Shown here one piece after another: positions 60,566 to 64,000 of a stretch of 64,000 nucleotides of DNA (position 1 is its first letter; each line of letters starts with the position of its first letter). Source of the stretch: an uncultured delta proteobacterium (GTDB lineage: Bacteria > Desulfobacterota > Syntrophia > Syntrophales > UBA5619); contig CAWFOM010000031.1 in NCBI GenBank assembly GCA_963817385.1, positions 128,001-192,000 on the forward strand. The letters run 5' to 3'. The notes under the pieces were generated by a model. It was not told the DNA's origin and made no database searches. It saw nothing but the letters and a program-made list of their open reading frames with translations. The translations under genes and the position numbers were made by a program.

Positions 60566-60810
60566 TGGACCTGTAGAATACATTCTGCAGAAAGTCAACG
60601 AATTTTCTCATTCATGAATTTTCTCGCTCATAAGGCAGGATATTCCCTTTTTGGTCTCTCTTTCGTCCGTCTATAGGAACCGCCCGAACCGGATCATCTT
60701 CCATTCGCACCATCCTCGTGGTCATTATTTCGTTGACTCACAAGCCGCCATAGAATATCAATATCTTGCAGAAGCACGCTCTCATCAAAAAATAATGGAG
60801 AAACAAAATA

Positions 60811-61752
60811 ATGCATCACCAACACATTACATCGTGGCAACATCAACACACATTCAACGTCGAGAAGAAGGCGATAGAAAAAAGGACCCTCATAGTTGTT
60901 ATCATTACATTTGTGATGATGATTGCCGAGATTCTTGTCGGCTGGGTATCAAATTCAATGGCATTACTCGCTGATGGATGGCACATGGGCACCCATGCCT
61001 TTGCGTTGGGAATCTCTCTGCTGGCATATGTCTTAGCCAGAAAGTATTCAACCGATCAGAGTTTTACGTTCGGGACATGGAAAATTGAAATACTTGGAGC
61101 ATACACCAGTGCGATTGTACTGGGAATGGTTGGAGTCATTATGATTTTTTCTTCCTTGGAAAGACTCCTCAAGCCGCTTGATATCCACTATAATCAAGCC
61201 TTATTGGTTGCGATCATCGGCTTGATCATCAATCTGTCATGCGCCTTCATCCTCAACATTAAAGACCATGCTCATGAACCTCACCAGCATCATCATGAAC
61301 ACGACCACTCACATCCCCATACTACACATGATGATTTAAATTTAAAATCTGCATATTTACATGTCGTGGCAGACGCATTAACGTCCGTCTTGGCAATCGT
61401 GGCACTCCTTGGTGCAAAATATTTTAACTATAACTGGTTAGACCCATTTATGGGAATGGTCGGTGCAATCTTAATTCTCAGTTGGGCGACCTCTTTAATC
61501 CGGAGCACTTCCGGCATTCTTCTTGAACGTGAAATGGATTACCTTCTTGTCAATGCGATTACAGAAAAGATCGAATCTGATAGTGATACAAAAATCAGCG
61601 ATTTACATCTGTGGAAAGTGGCGCAAAATCAATATGCCTGCATCGTTTCATTAGTCACGGGAAGACAATATACCATTGAAGAGTATAAGAAAAGATTGAA
61701 TGTATTTCCTGAGTTAGTCCATGTGACCGTTGAAAGGAATGTATGCAAGTAA
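60811..61752 (+). CDS. dmeF: CDF-family Co(II)/Ni(II) efflux transporter DmeF
   Basis: SMALLADGWHMGTH, FTFGTWKIE, His-rich loop, NLKSAYLHVVADALTS, DLHLW. Confidence 0.88.
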   Translation: MHHQHITSWQHQHTFNVEKKAIEKRTLIVVIITFVMMIAEILVGWVSNSMALLADGWHMGTHAFALGISLLAYVLARKYSTDQSFTFGTWKIEILGAYTSAIVLGMVGVIMIFSSLERLLKPLDIHYNQALLVAIIGLIINLSCAFILNIKDHAHEPHQHHHEHDHSHPHTTHDDLNLKSAYLHVVADALTSVLAIVALLGAKYFNYNWLDPFMGMVGAILILSWATSLIRSTSGILLEREMDYLLVNAITEKIESDSDTKISDLHLWKVAQNQYACIVSLVTGRQYTIEEYKKRLNVFPELVHVTVERNVCK

Positions 61753-61901
61753 GATAAGGAGCCCGCTACGCCCTCTACGAGCAGGGACGGACGGTCCCGA
61801 CCATTAAAAAGCTCAGCCGGCTTCTTGCGGCTGTCTCCGGCATGGGGGATTTCGTCCTGAGCGACAGCCGAAGCCGTTAAGATGACACGGATGATTCCCT
61901 T

Positions 61902-63215
61902 TCAGGGGAACTGCGATACGCAACGCCCTGCCGCCGGAGAGGATCCGGTGATTCTCGGCAGCATGTCCGGCGCATGGGTGAGGACCGTCACCCGGGCGGC
62001 GGGTCCTTTTTTGGCGAGGGCCGCATCCAGGGCCTCCTGTACTGCGGTAAAATGGCGGAATCCCAGTTTGGCCGCCTCCTCGGGACAGATGCCGCCCGAC
62101 ACGATCCAGACCTCTTCCCGCTCTCGTACCTGCGCCCAGGCGATCGCCAGGGCGGCGCCCACCTCGTCGTCGAGCTGCCCCGTCGAAACCATCTCCCGAA
62201 GCCGCCGGGAGCCGTACGGGGTCATCTCCAGCATGTTGCAGTGTGTCCGGGCGACCCCCTCATAACAGGGGGTGACCACGATTACGATTCCCCCCGCCTT
62301 CACCGCCAGGTCTGACGGATAAAGCGTTTTATGGGCCTGCCAGAACTCCAGATCGCAGGGATGGGAGCTGGAAAGGACAATGTCAGCCTCCTCCGGGATC
62401 GGACAATCGTAGACTTCCCGGGACTTGGCGACCCCGGCCTGGAAGGCCTCCACGATGTCGCCGAAGAAGGCCTGGACGACCTGGCCGTGCCGGTTGAGGA
62501 CGGTGTTGAGGATCGTGTTCATCCCGACCTTGCGGGCCATCGCGTCGAGTTCCTCGCGGACGGGGTTCTCCAGGACGCCCAGGTAGGAACGGGGCGCCCG
62601 CACCGACAGCAAGTGGGTGTAGGCCGTGGTCTCCTCGCCGGATACGCCCGGCTGGATGATCTTCGCCCCGCCGGCATAACCGGGGATGTGGTGGGGGACG
62701 ATGCTGCCGATCCCCATCTTGAAATCAGCCTCGATGACCGCGCGATTGATCAGGATGCGCCCCCCGTTTTTCGTCGTTCCCAGATCGACGAGGGCGGCTT
62801 TATCCTTGTAGGGGTGATTCGTGACCGCCACCCGGCGGAGTGTCTCGGCGCCGAACTTGATCCGGATCTCTTCTTCCGTCATGACGCGGTGGGTTCCGAG
62901 CGCGATGATCACGCTGATCGCTGCATCGGGTACCCCGGCCGCATTGCACTCGCCAAGGAGAATCGGAAGGAGGATATCCGTCGGCGTGAGTCGAGTGTTG
63001 TCATCCGCGACGAAGACCACGTTTTTCTTCCCCCGGACCTGTTCCCTTAGTGGGAGGGCTCCGATGGGCGCGGCCAATGCACGCCGGACCTCCGTCCGGA
63101 CGTCGCTTACCGGGGTCGCGTCACAGGGTGAGTAGACCCCCACGAGATTGGCCTCGGGGACGCGGAACGCGACGCTTGTCTGGCCGTAAGGCAGCTGTAC
63201 GGAGCGAACACTCAT
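61902..63215 (-). CDS. larA: Nickel-pincer-dependent lactate racemase family protein (LarA homologue)
   Basis: DDNTR, ALGTHR, PHHIPGYAGGAK, TH, WQAHK match LarA catalytic/cofactor-binding motifs; substrate unknown. Confidence 0.88.
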   Translation of the reverse strand: MSVRSVQLPYGQTSVAFRVPEANLVGVYSPCDATPVSDVRTEVRRALAAPIGALPLREQVRGKKNVVFVADDNTRLTPTDILLPILLGECNAAGVPDAAISVIIALGTHRVMTEEEIRIKFGAETLRRVAVTNHPYKDKAALVDLGTTKNGGRILINRAVIEADFKMGIGSIVPHHIPGYAGGAKIIQPGVSGEETTAYTHLLSVRAPRSYLGVLENPVREELDAMARKVGMNTILNTVLNRHGQVVQAFFGDIVEAFQAGVAKSREVYDCPIPEEADIVLSSSHPCDLEFWQAHKTLYPSDLAVKAGGIVIVVTPCYEGVARTHCNMLEMTPYGSRRLREMVSTGQLDDEVGAALAIAWAQVREREEVWIVSGGICPEEAAKLGFRHFTAVQEALDAALAKKGPAARVTVLTHAPDMLPRITGSSPAAGRCVSQFP

Positions 63216-63259
63216 GATTATTACTCCGGCAACAAAATATATCAAAGTCCCCATTCCGG

Positions 63260-63381
63260 CGTCACCCCGGTGAAAACCGTGGCGGAATCCAGACGTCGTC
63301 CCGGCGAAAGCCGGGAACCAGTGATAGACTGGATACCGGATCAGAGCCTGCCCCGGACTCGATCCGGGGGGCGGGCATGAC
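63260..63381. repeat. Cluster of REP-like palindromes, same family as 2953-3015
   Basis: CGTCACCCCGGTGAAAACCG, CGTCGTCCCGGCGAAAGCCGGGAACCAG...CTGGATACCGG, CCCCGGACTCGATCCGGGG, ATGAC. Confidence 0.8.
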
Positions 63382-63455
63382 ACTTTTTGTTTGGTCGCTG
63401 GAGTAATACCAACCTCCAGGTCACCCCCGCACAGAGAGGGGGCCGACTGTCACCG

Positions 63456-64000
63456 CTACTCCAGGATGGAGCCTTTCATCGCCGATCCCACCGTCCGCCG
63501 GTACCGTTCCAGGAGCGAGCCCTTTTCCAGTTGAGTGCTTTCGGGAAGGCGCCACGCCTTTTTCCGCTTTTCCAGGGCCTTGGAATCGACTTCCAGTTCC
63601 AGTTTCCGCGCCGGGATATCGATCCGGATCGTGTCCCCCTCCTCAATGAGGGCAATGGGGCCGCCCAGGTAGGCCTCCGGGGAGACGTGGCCGATGCAGG
63701 CCCCCTGCGTCGCCCCGGAGAACCGCCCGTCGGTGACCAGGGCAACGGATTTGCCCAGACCCATGCCGATGATGGCCGAGGTGGGCAGGAGCTGCTCGCG
63801 CATCCCGGGCCCTCCCTTGGGCCCTTCATAGCGGATGACAACCACGTCCCCGGGCCTGATACGGCCGCCGAAGATAGCCTCCAGGGCATCCTCCTCCTTC
63901 TCAAAGACGCGGGCCGGCCCGGAGTGGACGAGCATCTCCGGCGCGACGGCGGCGCTCTTGACGACGGCGCCTTCGGGGGCGAGGTTTCCCTTGAGGATGG
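63456..64000 (-). CDS. ilvD: Dihydroxy-acid dehydratase (IlvD/Edd family), 3' part only
   Basis: [41 protein letters not shown]. Confidence 0.9.
   Translation of the reverse strand, partial: ILKGNLAPEGAVVKSAAVAPEMLVHSGPARVFEKEEDALEAIFGGRIRPGDVVVIRYEGPKGGPGMREQLLPTSAIIGMGLGKSVALVTDGRFSGATQGACIGHVSPEAYLGGPIALIEEGDTIRIDIPARKLELEVDSKALEKRKKAWRLPESTQLEKGSLLERYRRTVGSAMKGSILE

Noticed and set aside
61817..61876. Imperfect inverted repeat CGGCTTC..CGGCTGTC / GACAGCCGAAGCCG between dmeF and larA
   Set aside because: Probably an ordinary terminator-like hairpin between convergent genes; nothing further supportable

Overview
Gene-dense, mostly high-GC bacterial chromosome segment. Gene content (beta-oxidation clusters, IspH-UbiA fusion, PEP-CTERM, ferredoxin/NifU) suggests an anaerobic Desulfobacterota/Syntrophales-like organism (inference). 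Left to right: (1) 1-20.1 kb acyl-CoA metabolism and uptake: a four-domain KASIII-like/DUF35/SDR/SCP2 fusion beside an SCP-x-type thiolase, acyl-CoA dehydrogenases and ligases, a TAXI-TRAP transporter and a Liv-type ABC transporter. (2) ~20.2-35.3 kb AT-richer accessory block: TctBAC, hydantoin-racemase-like protein, glyoxylate-reductase-like protein, PAL-like lyase and M24 hydrolase, then a PEP-CTERM / RHH-PilZ / patatin / diguanylate cyclase module and a radical SAM gene. (3) tRNA-Ala(CGC), a deoxyhypusine synthase-like gene, and the core run xseA-xseB-ispA-dxs-tlyA-ispH(+UbiA)-nifU-fdx-tmk-holB-PSP1-metG. (4) 50-64 kb: 7TM diguanylate cyclase, atypical ClpX, split UxaA-family dehydratase, panB, truncated and full larA homologues, DctPQM, a yybP-ykoY riboswitch-controlled Mn exporter, DmeF and the 3' end of ilvD. 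At least seven single-base frameshifts, including one in dxs, point to long-read assembly errors. No CRISPR array, rRNA, transposase or integrase was seen. Small palindromic MITE/REP-like elements are present. All calls come from motif recognition by eye; no database searches were run.
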